Position numbers and translations under genes: made by a program. Shown in pieces: positions 26,090-50,503 of a stretch of DNA of 63,089 bases. Positions within the stretch are counted from its first letter, which is position 1. Each line of letters opens with the position of its first letter. Origin of the DNA: Neocallimastix sp. 'constans' (taxonomy: Eukaryota); NCBI GenBank assembly GCA_050613775.1, contig JBODTK010000144.1, positions 372,001-435,089 on the forward strand, in the 5' to 3' direction. The notes under the pieces are model-generated. The model did no database searches, was not told the DNA's origin, and saw only the letters and a list, made by a program, of their open reading frames with translations.

Positions 26090-26352
26090 AAGGATCAAGT
26101 GATAATAATTGTAATATTTCATCTGGCTTTAAATGTCTCAAAGCTTTAATCAATCGTGTTTGGAATGGTGATTTCCCAAAATCATGGAATAACGCATCTA
26201 TAGTTTCTATTTCATAAAAAGGGCGATCCATCAGATTGTAATAATTATCGTGGCATCTCTTTTATCATTAATGGATTAAAAATTATAGCAAAAACTATAG
26301 CTAATAAATCTCTAAATATGGAATTGATGAAGGTTTTATAAGACCTGAACAA
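26090..26352 (+). pseudogene. Isolated LINE RT fragment (KCLKALINRVWNGDFPKSWNNASIVSI...NYRGIS...FIRPEQ)
   Basis: Homologous to ~23450-23672 of copy A, with a stop and frameshifts; out of domain order relative to the following sequence. Confidence 0.8.
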
Positions 26353-29300
26353 TATGCCTACTCCTTCTAGAAGATTCAAGTGGTCCCAATACATGTGTAA
26401 TGAAAAGCATAATGAAATATTCTCAAGTAACTACTTCTCAATTCTTCTTAATGAATTTAATGATAATAAAGAATTAAGTTCTAATGAAATGGTCAAAAAA
26501 TATATAGAAACAGCTAATAAAGTTGGTGATAAAGTTCATGCTAGAGTTCTTTGTGATCTTAAAGGCTCAGCTTTCCACTGTCCTTATTATATCAAGAAAC
26601 TTTTTCATGAAAAGCATGTTGCATTTAATGAAATAAAAAATTTTTCTTTAGGTCCTAATCTTGAAAACCTTGATGAATTTTTAAATTTGCTTCGTGAATA
26701 TAAAAATATATGTGGTAAAGTCAGGTCAATTAAGTTTTCTATTAAATCAAAACAATTTCTTCAGTCAATAGAATCTGCATGTAATGATTTTCGTAATAAA
26801 AATGCTAGGAGTGCTTGGTTAAAATTAAAGAAGCTATCTCACCCTATGTACTCTAATTCTATTTCGTCAAGCGTTTTAAAGGACAAGCAGGGTAACTTTT
26901 TATTTTCTCATTCGGATCAATTAAATCGATTTGCTGAATATTACAGTGAACTAGCTTCTGATGTTACTCAACAATAGTTTGGATAATGAATATTGGGTAT
27001 GCTTATTTGGAACTAATCCTAATAATAATCCTACTTGGGATATTAATGATTCTATTACTATGGAAGAAATTCAAAACACTGTGCTTGATATGAAAAATAA
27101 TAAAGCTCCTGGACCCGATGGTATTCCGATAATCAAAATGATTCTTCAGATGATCACTACTCTAAGTGTGCTAAATGCTTACTTTCATTATTTAACAAAA
27201 TCTGGGATGGTGATTTCCCAGAAGAGTGGAATTCGGCTTCTATAATATCAATTCCAAAAAAAGGTGATCTTTCGGAATGGTAATAATTATCGTGGTATTT
27301 CTCTTATTAATGTTGGCTTAAAAATTATTTCAAAGATTGTTACTAATAGAATTGCTAAATATGCCCTTGAACATAAATTTGTTAGACCTGAACAATTTGG
27401 ATTTAGAAATAAAGAAGAATGCATAAGTTTATATATTTCAATTAGAGAGATATGTCAAAGAAGAAAATTTCAAGGAAATTTTACTTATCTTGCTTTTCTC
27501 GATCTTAAAAAAGCCTATGATTCAGTACCTATCTTTAATATTTTGACCAAATTATATAACTTATGAATTAGAGATAAATGTTATCTGTTTTTAAAGAATC
27601 TTTATCTATCCTCTAAAGCTCGTGCTTTTTTTAATGGTAATCTCTCAGAAGTATTTTCGATTAATCGTGGTGTTAGACAAGGATGCCCTCTATTTCCTAT
27701 TTTATTCAATTTGTTCATTAATGATGTACTAGATAATTGTGATAAGTATGGTGTATATTTAGATTCTCATTATTGTTGTGGTGGACTTTTTGCGGATGAT
27801 ATTGTTTTAGTTGCTCCATCTAAACAAGCTCTTAAGAAAATTTTGAATAAAGTTCATGAATGGGCTATTAAATATGAAATGACTTTTGGAATTAATAAGT
27901 GTTGTGCTACTCTTGCTGTAAAAACCGATTAAATTTGTTAAACCGATAAATTATGAAGATCCATCTTTCTTTATTGGTAGTCACAAATTACCTAAAACTG
28001 ACAACTATACTTATCTTGGTATTCCTTTTGATGAATCTTTATCATTGAAACCTATACAATCCAAATTAAACAGTAATCTAAATGTCAAGTTAAATTTGTA
28101 CTTTCTGATTTCTTATTAATAAATCTATTCCTCTCCCATTGAAGAAATATGTTTTAATTTCGTTTATTCTTAGTCTTGTTATATATTATGCTCCTCTCTT
28201 TGGTTCAAATAAGAGCAGATGTTCTAAAGCTCAAAAAATTATTAATAGAGGACTTTATTGGAGTTACGGATTTAAATCTTGCAATTCTTATGTTAGTCTC
28301 TATGATATTACTCGTGAATTGAGAATACCTCCTCTTTCAGCTGTCTGTGCTATATCTCAATTACGCTGCTTTAGAAAATGGAAAAATTCTTCATGTATTA
28401 TTAATCATTATTAATCATCTCACTAATAATATTCCTACTATGTCACATTACTCATGGACTAAAGAATCAAGGACTTTGGATAAAAAAATTAAATGGTAAA
28501 AAAACAAGTGAAATAAAAAAATTTTATTGGGAAATAGAAGTCTTCAAACCATTAAAAGCTAAAAAAGCAATTATTTACAAGGAGAATGATTTTGGATTTA
28601 TTTCAGAAATCAGAAACTTAACATTTCAATATTCCTAAGTATCAGTTGGGATTCTTTTGGATTTCTCGAATTAGGTGTGGTTTTAAATTTGACATTAGTA
28701 TTTCCATTAAAAGAAAAATCGTCTCAGAAGATTGCCCTAAATGTTGCCCTTGTTGTGGTGTTAGTGTATCTAGCTTTTCTCACTGGATCTTTACCTGTAA
28801 AGAATTGGAAAATTACAGAAATAAATCTTTACCTTTTCTAGATGATTTCTTTTTGAAGTTTGCAATGATAATTGAACAAAAATCCTTGGATGTTTCTTTA
28901 GATTCAGAAAAGGATTATGATAATAATATTTATTATTTTATATTGAGTACTCTTCTTGGAGGGCGTTCAATATTATTCAAAAATTAAAGTTAATGATGGG
29001 GAACAAAGACAATTAGTTGACAATATTTTTAAACAAAGTTCAACTTCGTCCACTGTTCCGTATTTTGTGGGGAATAGTTTTTAACAAACGTAATACCATT
29101 AATTTGTCGATCTTTTAGTTTGATGATGAAATGATATTCCGTTGAATCTACTGTTACCAAGAGCGTCGAAGTCGAAATGATAAGGCATGGTTTTCACCTC
29201 CCGGTGAAATGACAGATACAAATTCGGCTGATAACACTAATACTGAAATTATTACTCACAATAATGGACATGGTGTTATTATCGAGGAATGGGAAAAGTT

Positions 29301-29439
29301 AGAGGCTATCGCTTCTAACGCACTTTTATAATTTTATAATATATAATATTTTATTTCATGTATTTTATTATTTTTTTTTTCCTTTAAAATAATGTAATTT
29401 TATTATTATTATAAATTAAATAAAGTTATTCTCCAAGTC

Positions 29440-29471
<32 letters not shown>
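26353..29471 (+). mobile_element. LINE copy B: 5'-truncated, frameshifted, divergent subfamily, poly(A) tail
   Basis: ORF pieces 26354-28987 are colinear with copy A from the post-APE linker to CPCC..HWIFTC; tail AATAAAGTTATTCTCCAAGTCC plus an A run at 29441-29471. Confidence 0.92.
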
Positions 29472-29473
<2 letters not shown>

Positions 29474-30984
29474 TTACATCTTTACTTGGTTCAAATTAAG
29501 AGAGAACAAATAGTACTGAGAAATTAATTAATAAAGGATTAAGATGGATTGTAGGTTTACACAAAGCCAAATCTTTTATTTCTGTAGTTTCTATTTCAAA
29601 AGATTTAAATATTCCTCCATTATCAGCTAAGTGTGCTTTGTCTCAAGTCAAATGTTTTGAAAAATGAAAAGATTCAAATTGTATTATTTCCTATTTAGTT
29701 AATAATATTCCAAAATCTAGAAAATATACATGGACGAAAGAAAGTAGAACTCTTAAACGTAAACTAGAGAAAAGAGGTAGTAACGATAAAGAAATCAAGG
29801 ATTTTTATTGGAAAAGAGATATGAAAATAAATTCTATTAAAGCAGAATTTTATGACAAAAACAGATTCAAAGAAAACATCAGATTTTATAAAACTTTGTT
29901 ATGAATATCCTGATCTTTCATATGGTTTCTATTGGCTATTGATAGAATGAAGAGGATATAGATTAGATGCTAGAATTGCTAAAGCTGTAAAAATAATAGA
30001 TCAAGTGTGTTCAAATTTTTGTCCCTGTTGTAAAAGTAATAAACAATGGATAAAGCATTGGTTAATTGATTGTCCATTTTTCAATCATATTCGAAGTAAA
30101 GTCAATAGTAAAATTTTATTCTGATATAATGCTTTTAGCCGTGGAAACCTAACAATTGGATAACGTTAATAGTAATAATAATAATAGTAATAATAGTTAT
30201 AGTAATAATAGTTATAATAATATTAGTAATAGTTATTATTAGTAATGTTAGTAATAGTATTTAAAATAATTTGTATGTTGATTCTAGTGTGTGTGAAAAT
30301 GTTTTTAATTTCTTTCTTGGGGGAAGAAGTATTAATAACAGTACAATGGAATGGAAGGATCAATTTAAGTGTCAGATGGCGGTTACTGCGGCTCTACTTC
30401 AATCAATTATTCCTATTGCTATTGACCAGTAATGGTTTTTGTTCAATAGGTTCAAATCGAATTCTGTTACTACTACTACCAAGAACGTCAATGCTGAAGG
30501 AACAATAAGACAGGCCAGTAGAGCCAGCCCAACCAATGAAGATCAAAATTTTGAATCTTAAAATTATGATTAACATTGTGAAATCAAAAATAATTATTAT
30601 ACTATAGTATAATTATTGTATTAAATTATAATTACTGTACTTAAGTATAATTATTGTACTACAGTATAATAATGTCCTTGTGAAGTCTTACTGATTTTAA
30701 TTAAATGGCACTAGAATACATTATATCATTATTTTATTTTATTTTATTTTGTGCTTTTTTTATTTATTCTTTTATCTTTTTTTTTTTTTTTTTTCTTTTT
30801 ATTACATGTATTTTATTAACTATTTAATTAATAGAGATGAAACAATTTTTTGCTTCCGTTAACAAAAAAATAATGCAATAAATTTTTAAATAAATAAATA
30901 ATAAAAAAAAAATAAATAAATAAATTATAAATAAAAAGTTAAATCGAATTTTTTTTTCTTTGTTTTTTATAAATATATATGACG

Positions 30985-31662
30985 TTGTATAGCCTTGAAT
31001 ACCCTCATTTAAGTTTAGGTTTTAACTGGATCTTAAGATTAAGAGCTGGTTATAAATATAATACCACTATTGCAATTAGAAGTGATAGAGTTACTGACGA
31101 TTGTCCTAAATTCTGCCTTTGTTGTGGAAAAGGTGAACCATCTTTTATCTATTGAATATTTAAATGCTCTTCATTTTCTCTATGTCGATGTAAATCTTTA
31201 GATTTTATCGATGACTTGTTCATTTTATTGGCTAATAAAGTAATGAATCTTTCCTTACTTCCTTCATATTCTAATATTTTAGGATATGAAAATTTCATAA
31301 ACAACACAACGAATCTATGCAAATTGAATCTCCTGAAAATATTTTTCTTGGTTCGAGAGAGAATTTAGTGGCCTATCTGCTTTAAAGATCATACTTCTTT
31401 GCTTAATTTTATTATGTATTTTTTGTAGAAATAATTTCTATTTATTTTATGATACCAAAGTTTCTTTTAAATTTTCTTTTTACTTTTATTCTGTTACATT
31501 TTTAATATAAATATATACATATATATATTTTTATATCTTAATATTTTTTTATAATGAATTTTTTCATTTATAATTTATACAAAATATTAATATTTTAATA
31601 AGTAATAAATAAAGTAATGAATGTGTATTCTCTTTCTAGTCTAAAAAAAAAAAAAAAAAAAA
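30985..31662 (+). mobile_element. LINE copy D: short 3' fragment close to copy A subfamily
   Basis: SLEYPHLSLGFNWILRLRAGYKYNTTIAIRSDRVTDDCPKFCLCCG resembles copy A; ends GTGTATTCTCTTTCTAGTCT plus A20. Confidence 0.85.
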
Positions 31663-31920
31663 GTTGTCAGTTTTTTTTCTTATAAAGCTTATTCCTTGTC
31701 TAAAAAAAAAAAAATAAGAATTATATATCAGTCATAAAACCTTTCTATTATGGCTTTAAATAATGAAAAAAAATTTATATAAAATTTTTCAAAAATGGAA
31801 ACAATTAATAGTAGCATATAAATAATTTTTATATGTATTTTTGGTTTATTTATTTTTATCTAAATTTATTTTTATTCATATAAGTTAATTATTATTGTAC
31901 ATTTAAATAATTTTATATTA

Positions 31921-31986
<66 letters not shown>

Positions 31987-32046
31987 GTATTTAAACATAG
32001 GTTATTTATATTATTATTTTTCCTATATTATATATTTAAATTTATG

Positions 32047-32103
<57 letters not shown>

Positions 32104-32397
32104 AGAAAAATAAAAATAAAGAATAAATTGATTTAATAAACTAATGAATATTTTAACATTATAATGAATGTTAATAAAACTAAATGTAAAATTGAATATA
32201 TATATATATATAAATATTTATAGAATAGTTATTTTCATTAATGTAATTAATATATTAATATATTGATGAGATGATACGTATAAATATCTTATTATTTATC
32301 TAAATGTAACGTTTTTTTTTAATTAAATGCTAAGTAATTAATCTTGAATAAAAAGTATTAAAAAAAAAAAATAAAGTAAAAAAAAAGATTTTAATTT

Positions 32398-39829
<7,432 letters not shown>

Positions 39830-42086
39830 TTTTATATATAATTTCGAATTTTTTTTTTTTTAAAATATTTTGTATGATTCTTTTTCTTTAAAAAATATAT
39901 ATATATATAAGATATATTATTAAAAAAAATATGTTTATTATAAAATAAATAAAAAAGAAAAAATAAAGAAAAAGGAAAAGATATATATTTTTTTCTTTTG
40001 AAATTAATTACAAATATTTTTTAGCAGCAGCAAAAATAATTATAATTTTATTTTTAATTTAATTTTTTATTTTTTATTTTTTATTTTTTTATTTTTATTT
40101 TATGTAACAAATAAAATAATTAAATAACAAATTAAACTGTAAATAAAATATAATCTTGATAACATTACCGATAAACTTTGATATTTTATATTTTATAATA
40201 TACATATATAAATATTAATATATTTATATATCTATATTATAATTTATATATTTATTTATTTTATTTATTTTTTTTTATTATTACAAATATTTATTATTTT
40301 AATAATTATCATTATTATTATTATTATTATTTTCGTTATTTCATAATAATTTTTTTATTATATATTAGGAATTAAAAATAAACAATTTTACTTCGTTTTT
40401 GACTATTTTGATAATTTTTAAAATTTTGTTTATACTTTAACTATCTTGGGTTAACTGAATTCTTATTAATCTAAAGACATATAAATTTTGAGCAAAAAAT
40501 AAAATAAAATAAAATAAAATAAAAATAAAAAATAAAAAATAAAATTTTTTCATTTATTACTTTAAAATTTCTATGAATTTTATTTTTTAAGTATCAATTA
40601 TTATTATTTATTATTTATTAATTATTATTAATTAAACTTTTATAGTTTTTTTCTTTCTTTTTTTTTATTAAAAAATAATAAAATAAAAGTATGGACGAGT
40701 TTTTTTTTTTTTTAATTTTGAATAATTCTTTTACGAAATCTATAATTTTTTTTTATATTTTATTTTTTAATATATGATTTATATTATAAATTAATAAAAA
40801 TAGCATTTTTAATATATTCAATAATAAAATTAATATTATCAAATAATATATATTATTATTGCTAATTTGATATTGATGAATAATAAAAGAAAAAATGAAA
40901 ATAATTTTGAAATTAAAATTTTAATGTTTTTATAAAAAAAATTATTGAATAATTACTTTAATAGTAAAATAAAATAAAATAAAATAAATAATATTATTAA
41001 TAATTCAAAAAAAAAAAAAATAAAAAATAAAGTGTTCATTATTGATATTTTCATTTATAATTTATCTTTTATAAATTTATGTTATGCTGAATTTATAAAA
41101 AATAATTTTTTTCATCTTAATAATTTTTTTAACTTGAGTAATATCATATCAACTATAATTCATAATTATAAAAAAAAAATTCCTTCTTTTTTTTTTTTTA
41201 TTTTTTTTTTAATTATTAATTCTAATTTTTTTATGAAATGGGCTGATAATATATTAAAAATTGATAAATTATTATGCGATGTTATAAATATAAACATAAT
41301 TAATTATAAACAAGTTACCTGTAAAAATAAAAATAAAAATAAATAAATAATAAAATATTATCAAAATTATTATATAATAATAAAATATATAAAAACTGAA
41401 AATGATTAATATAATAAAAAACAGTTTGATATGTTTGATAGCATCAAAGAAAAAAAAAAAAATTAAAAATTTTATTTTTTTAAATTATTATACACTCGAA
41501 TAACATTAAATAACCTTAAATTTTTATAATAAAATATTTTACATATTAACTTGTTAATGAATAAAGTTTAAACATAAAAACATATACATTAATATATTTT
41601 AATTAGTATATATAATAACAAAATTATTATGAGGGTAGTCATCATCATATAATTGTATTTATGAATAGATGTTAATATGTTAATATATTAAGAAAAGATA
41701 GTATAAACATATAATTTATTTAAATAAAAATAACTAACTAACCATTAAGAAATAATTTTTAAAAAGTAGATTAAATAAATAATAAAATAGTCAAAATACT
41801 ATTGGTTATATATTTATTTTAATATCCATTTATTAGGATGGATCAAAAAATGTTATTTTTTTTTATATTTTTATTTTAAATTAATTAAAATTTTTATATT
41901 TAAAGTTTATTTTTTTTTTTTTTTTTATAATTTATTATTGTTAACAAAAATTATTTCTTTTATTAAATCAATTAATTAATAATAATAAATAAATATATAA
42001 TTAATAATTAATAATAAAAATAATTTACTTTTATTTTTCAGATTGTAATATATTTTTGTTAAATATTTAAATAAGTAAATAAAAAA

Positions 42087-44326
<2,240 letters not shown>

Positions 44327-45306
44327 AAATTTTATATACGTATATATAAAAACAAAAAAATTTTTTTTACTATCCTATTGTAATTTGTATTTATTATAAA
44401 GTTAAAATAATAATAATAATAAAAGTAATATAATAGCATAAAATAATGTCCAAACTTCAAATGTAGATATTTCCGTATAAGATAACTAAAAAGAAAAAGA
44501 ACTTTTATGTAAAATATAATGAATAAAATTTAAATTATAAATATTTAATATAATAATAATAATAATAATACATCTATATATGTCCATGTCATTATTAATA
44601 TTAATATTATTAAAATTATTATATAATTTTTAATTTATTTTAAGTTTTAACAATTTAAATAGTGTATCATATCATTATCTAATATCTTTTGGTTATATAA
44701 ATTTACATCATTTTAAACTTTGAATCTTTATTTCTTTATCTTTTTCATCTTCATCTTATATTTCACTTTCTTCAGTATTATTACCATTTTCAAATTAAAT
44801 TGGATTAATTTCATATGAAGACTTCATTTATGAGTTTAGTATATTATGAATAACTGATCTAATTTCAGTTTCAGTTTCAGTTTTTTATTTTTTATTATTT
44901 TTTTTTTTTTTTTTATTATTTGATATTTTTATTTTATTTTTTTTTAAAGTGTTTGAAAATATTTTTTTTTAAATATATATATATAAATATAATTTTAAAT
45001 AAGATAATATCTATATTTAGAAGTTAAATAACAAAAAAATAAAAAAATAAAAATAAAAAATAAAATCTATAGTAATCTGATACGTCCTTTTTCGTAAAGA
45101 AATACTCTATTTATATATAACTTCCATTTTAATTTAATTTTAATCAAAAAATTAAAAATTTAAAAATTATGAAAATAATAAATAAAATCAAAAAAAAAAA
45201 AAAAAAAAAAAAAATTTAAATATATATATAAACAATATATAACAATGAATTAAATTAATATTAATATTATTATTATTTTAATCATCCACCAAATATTTTG
45301 TTTTTT

Positions 45307-45343
<37 letters not shown>

Positions 45344-45721
45344 CAGGAGAATTTCATTTTAATTAGTACAGTATTTATTTATTTATTATTATTTTCCCAA
45401 TATAAAAGCTAATTTGGAAAATTTAATGTACTATTTTTATTAAAAATAAAAAAAAAAAAAATATTAATTTGAAATATCATCTTCATTAAAATATAATAAA
45501 AGGAAATTTTTCTCTTTGTTAATTAAAACTGAAAAAAAAGAAGGTTGGACTTTTTTTTATTTTCAAACAAACAGATAATATTTTTCAGGATTATTATTAT
45601 TATCACTAAATAACCCTCAAAAAAAAAAAAAAAAAAATAAAAATCAATTCAGATTATAAAAATAAACTTAATCACAATATATCAGATATATATATTATTA
45701 TAATATTAAATTTAATTTAAT

Positions 45722-47078
45722 ATGGAAGAATATTTTGGAACTTCATCTTCTTCGGAAGAAGAAGAAAGAAACGAAATTAAGAGATCTGAAAGAAAACAAA
45801 TTAATAGTATTCAATCAAGTTCTGAAAGTGAAAATGAAAGTAATAATAGTATAAATAATGATAGTGACAGAAATAGTGATGAAATGCCACGTAAACATTA
45901 TCGTAAATTAAAAAAAAGTTCCTCATTTAATGATGATAGAAGCTTAAATTTTGATTCTGATAATGAAAAGGAAAATGCAAGAGATGATTTATCAGATATT
46001 AACGATAATGATAAAGAAGATATTGAAATGGGTGATTTATTTGGTGAAGAAGAGTAATTATTTTTTTACTTTTTATTTATAAAAATATTTATCACATTTA
46101 TATTTCAATAACCATATAACAAAATTTTAAAAATTATATACATAATTTCATACAAATATTTATTCATAAGTTATTTATTTATTTATTTATTTATTGTTAT
46201 TATTATTATTTATAATTAATATTATATATATATATATTATATTTATTTATTTTATAAATTAATAAATTCATTATATATATAAAATTTCAAATTTAAAAAA
46301 TATTATTTTGAATAATATTTAAAAATAAATCATTAATTATAATAATATATTATATATATAATCTTTTATCTTTAAAAAAAAAAAATAAAATAAATGAATA
46401 TTTTTTAAATTATGAAAATGTTAGTGAAGAAAAATCATCAGATGAAGAAAATTCAGATGAAAATAGAAACAATATTATAAGTCGTGAAAGAAGTAGAACT
46501 CGTAGTAGAAGTGCCAGTAGAAGTTTAAGTCCAGCTGTGGAAAAGAAGATTATTTCTATTGATGTCTCAGTTGCCAATTTAGAACCACCAAGCAAAGATA
46601 ATTCAAATGTACATTTTTTTTTTTTTTTTATCTGCAGAATTTATTATATATATATAAATTTATTATATGAAAGATAGTTATGAAAATTAAATAATTAAAT
46701 AAATACATTTTTTATTTTTTATTTTTTTTTAAAAAATAAAAAATAAAAAAGATATATTTAGCCAAATTACCAAACACTTTAGATATTGAACCAGAGCCAT
46801 TCGATCCTTTAACCTATAAGGGGGTAGAGGAAGAAGAAGCAAGATTAAGGGAAAATGTTATACGATGGAGATATAAAAAGGATAAAAATAATAATTACTT
46901 GGTAATTACAAATTTATTTTATATTATATATTATTTATATATATTATAATTACATTATGATTTTTAATTAATATAGGAAATGCTTATATATATATATATT
47001 TAAACACTTAAAAAAATAAATTTTTATAAAAATTAAATATAATCTTATATAACTTTATACAAAATTAATGTCTTATTT

Positions 47079-47116
<38 letters not shown>

Positions 47117-47441
47117 CTAAGCCTGATCAAAAAGAATCAAATGCAAGATTTATAAAATGGTCTGATGGATCATTATCATTATTGTTAGGTGATGAAATGT
47201 ATGAAGTTAATCTTCAAGAAATTGATAGTCATCAATATGTTGTTGTACTTCATAGTAAAGAAGGTGTATTACAAACTCAAGCCCAACTTACTACTTCTAT
47301 GTCATTCCAACCTTATGGTCTTAAGAGTTTAACACATAAAAAATTAACTGCATCTATTGCAGAAAAACATCAGAGATCTGTTAAAACTAAAATGTTTACT
47401 GGTGAACATAATAAGAATGATCTTAGACAAGAAATAGTTAG

Positions 47442-47472
<31 letters not shown>

Positions 47473-47572
47473 CAATATATTTATAAATAATTTTATTAAT
47501 CAATTATTATTATTATTTTTACTATTATTTAAAAATATAATATATATATTATCTATTTAAAATTTATCATTA

Positions 47573-47623
<51 letters not shown>

Positions 47624-48196
47624 TAATGAATATAATTAAATGATAATAATAAATTTCAATTTCTTAAAATAATATTCTGTAATTAAAAAACATAATAAAA
47701 ATATAAATAAAAATAGAAAGATAATCGCCGTATCAATCAAAGATTAGAGAGATTACAACAAAGAAAAAATAAATCAAAGAATACAGAAAATACAAGAGCT
47801 CATCATAATAAAAATAAAGAAAGTGAAGATGAAGATGATTCCTACAGTAGAAAATCATCAAGATATAATCGTTACGAAGAAGAAGAAGATATTGATTCAG
47901 ATAATTTTGTTGTAAATGATGATGAATATGATGAAGAAGAAGAAGAAGAACGTCAAAGAGCTAAAGAAGAAAGAATTCTTAAAGCTAAAAGAGAAGGTGA
48001 AAAACAAAGAAGAAGACTTGAAAAACAAAAAGAATTATCACGTAAGAGGAAATTTGAAGAACCTGAAGAGGAAATTAGTAATGAAGAAGAAGAAGAAGAA
48101 ACTGATGATAATGATGAAGATGAAAATGTTACTATTAAAAAGAAAACTAAGAAAAGACAGGTTTTAATGAGTGATGATGAAGAAGAGGATATTTAA
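45722..48196 (+). CDS. LEO1: Paf1 complex subunit Leo1 (multi-exon)
   Basis: Acidic Ser-rich N-terminus; core KLPNTLDIEPEPFDP, ENVIRWRY, ESNARFIKWSDGSLSLLLGDE; acidic tail ending SDDEEEDI*. Confidence 0.92.
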
Positions 48197-48442
48197 ATTA
48201 TAAATTAATTTTTATATATATATATTTGCATTTTAATTTTTAATTTTTTTTTTTCCTTTTTTTCCTTTTTTTCTTTAGCTTTCATATATATATTAATATA
48301 TTCATTTATTTAATTATATATATTTAAATTAAATACCTTTTTTTTTTTTTTTCTTTTTAATTCAATATTAAACTTTTTCTTTTGAGTTATAATAAAAATA
48401 ATAATAATAATTAGACCGATTATTTTTTAATTTAATACATTT

Positions 48443-48474
<32 letters not shown>

Positions 48475-48651
48475 AAAAAAAAAAAAAAAAAAAAAAAAAT
48501 GAAAAATAGATTAAAAGAAATAAATATAAATAAAACATTAATAATAACAATAGGAAGTACTTTATTGTTTAATTAATATAAATTTATTGTTATTAAATAC
48601 TTTATAATCTATAAATAAATAAATAATATTATAATAAATGCTATAAGTAAA

Positions 48652-48697
<46 letters not shown>

Positions 48698-49875
48698 AGT
48701 ATTTTCATATTTTGTATTTATTAGCATTAAAAATAATAATAGCATTAATAATAATAACATTAATAATAATAATAATAATAAAATATTTATATAAAGTAAA
48801 TAAAGGAAGTAATAAAGTTTTAATATCATTAGTTATGAAATAGTTAATATCTATAATCTTAATAACCCTAATAAAACAATTTACATCTATTTAAAATTAT
48901 ATAATTAATAATGAAATTAAATAATATACCACATGTGACCAAATGACTAAATAATAATAATAATAATATTTATATTTATGAGGGTATATAATTATAATTT
49001 TAATTATAATTTTATGACAAAAAAATTTTATTTTTATTTTTATAAATATTATAAAAATTTATATTATAAATATAAAACCATAAAATAAAAGAAGAGATTT
49101 CTTTTAATATTTATATAATATTTATTCATTATATAATTATAAAAAAAATTAAAACGATAAATCTTTTATAAATTCATTTGTATAAAAAAGAAAAAAAAAC
49201 ATCTATAGTGTTTCAAATTAATTAAATGAATTAAATTTTAAATTTTAGATAAATATATAATTAATTGTAAATAAATATATTAATGATTAAATAAATTTAA
49301 TATTTTATTTTCATTATTAATTTTATTTTAAAGATAATGAAAATATACCCAATTTGCATATTTATCAAATTGTATTTTAATATATATAAATTTAAATAAA
49401 TAAAGTTAAAATTTAAATGAAAAAAAAAAAAAAATAAAAAAATTATATAAAAATAGAATTTCAAAAAAAATATATATATATATAATAAATATAAATTAAT
49501 AAAATAAATTATAATTATTAATATAATCTATTTCAATCTCATAATAAATTATTTTATTATTAAATAAAAATAAAAACATCCATAGTTAATTAGTAAAATA
49601 TATTATTAAATAAACTTTTAATTTTTATAATTTAAATATCCATGAATTACCTATATCAATTTTTTTTTTATTTTAATTATTTTTTATTATTTATTTATTA
49701 TAATTAAATAATTAAAAAATTAATTAATTAATTATTTATCTATATATAATAATTATAATTATTTTTTTAAAAAAGTAAAATGAATATTCCTTATTTAATT
49801 AATAAAAGGGTCATATTATTATTTAAAATATTTTTTTTTTCAAAAAAAGGACTAAAAGTATGCAATAATAATAAT

Positions 49876-49934
<59 letters not shown>

Positions 49935-50449
49935 GATTTGAAGATTTTTATGGAAAAAAAATTTTTTTTTTTTTAATTTTTACAGTAATTAGAAAGTTTA
50001 AATATTTATATATTTATATTATATTTATAGTTTGTAGGTATGATTCAATATTTTTTCATATTTTACTTTTATTAATTAAATATCATAGTTAAATAATTAA
50101 TATTTCATATCAATTTTTTTTTTTTCATATTATATATATCTAATAATTAATAAATTTTAATCTATATACTTAATATTAAATATTTAAATATTATTATTAT
50201 TATTAGTACTAAAAAATCAAAATATTAATATATATATTTTTTTTATTTTCAGAATTAATTTTTTTTTGTATTTAAAAATAATATATATATATATATTTTT
50301 AACAGGTTTATTTTATATCATATTATTATAATTTTTAATATTTTTTTTTATTTTATATTATTTTATATTATTTAAAATAATAATTATATTTTATTATTCT
50401 AAATAAATTCTAAATAAATTTAAAAATTAATTTTACCAAAGCGTAATCT

Positions 50450-50503
<54 letters not shown>

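Larger units (their letters stand above)
25851..30870 (+). mobile_element. LINE copy C (3' part, decayed), split into 25851-~26060 and 29471-~30870 by a later insertion
   Basis: First piece translates FDKSLSLNPII...KIPIPFKKIIINYYVVSKVSYF; the second resumes at the matching position (FTSLLGSN*ERT...LNIPPLSAKCA...YTWTKESRTL...FCPCC..HWLIDC) and ends with CATGTATTTT and a short A tail. Confidence 0.75.
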
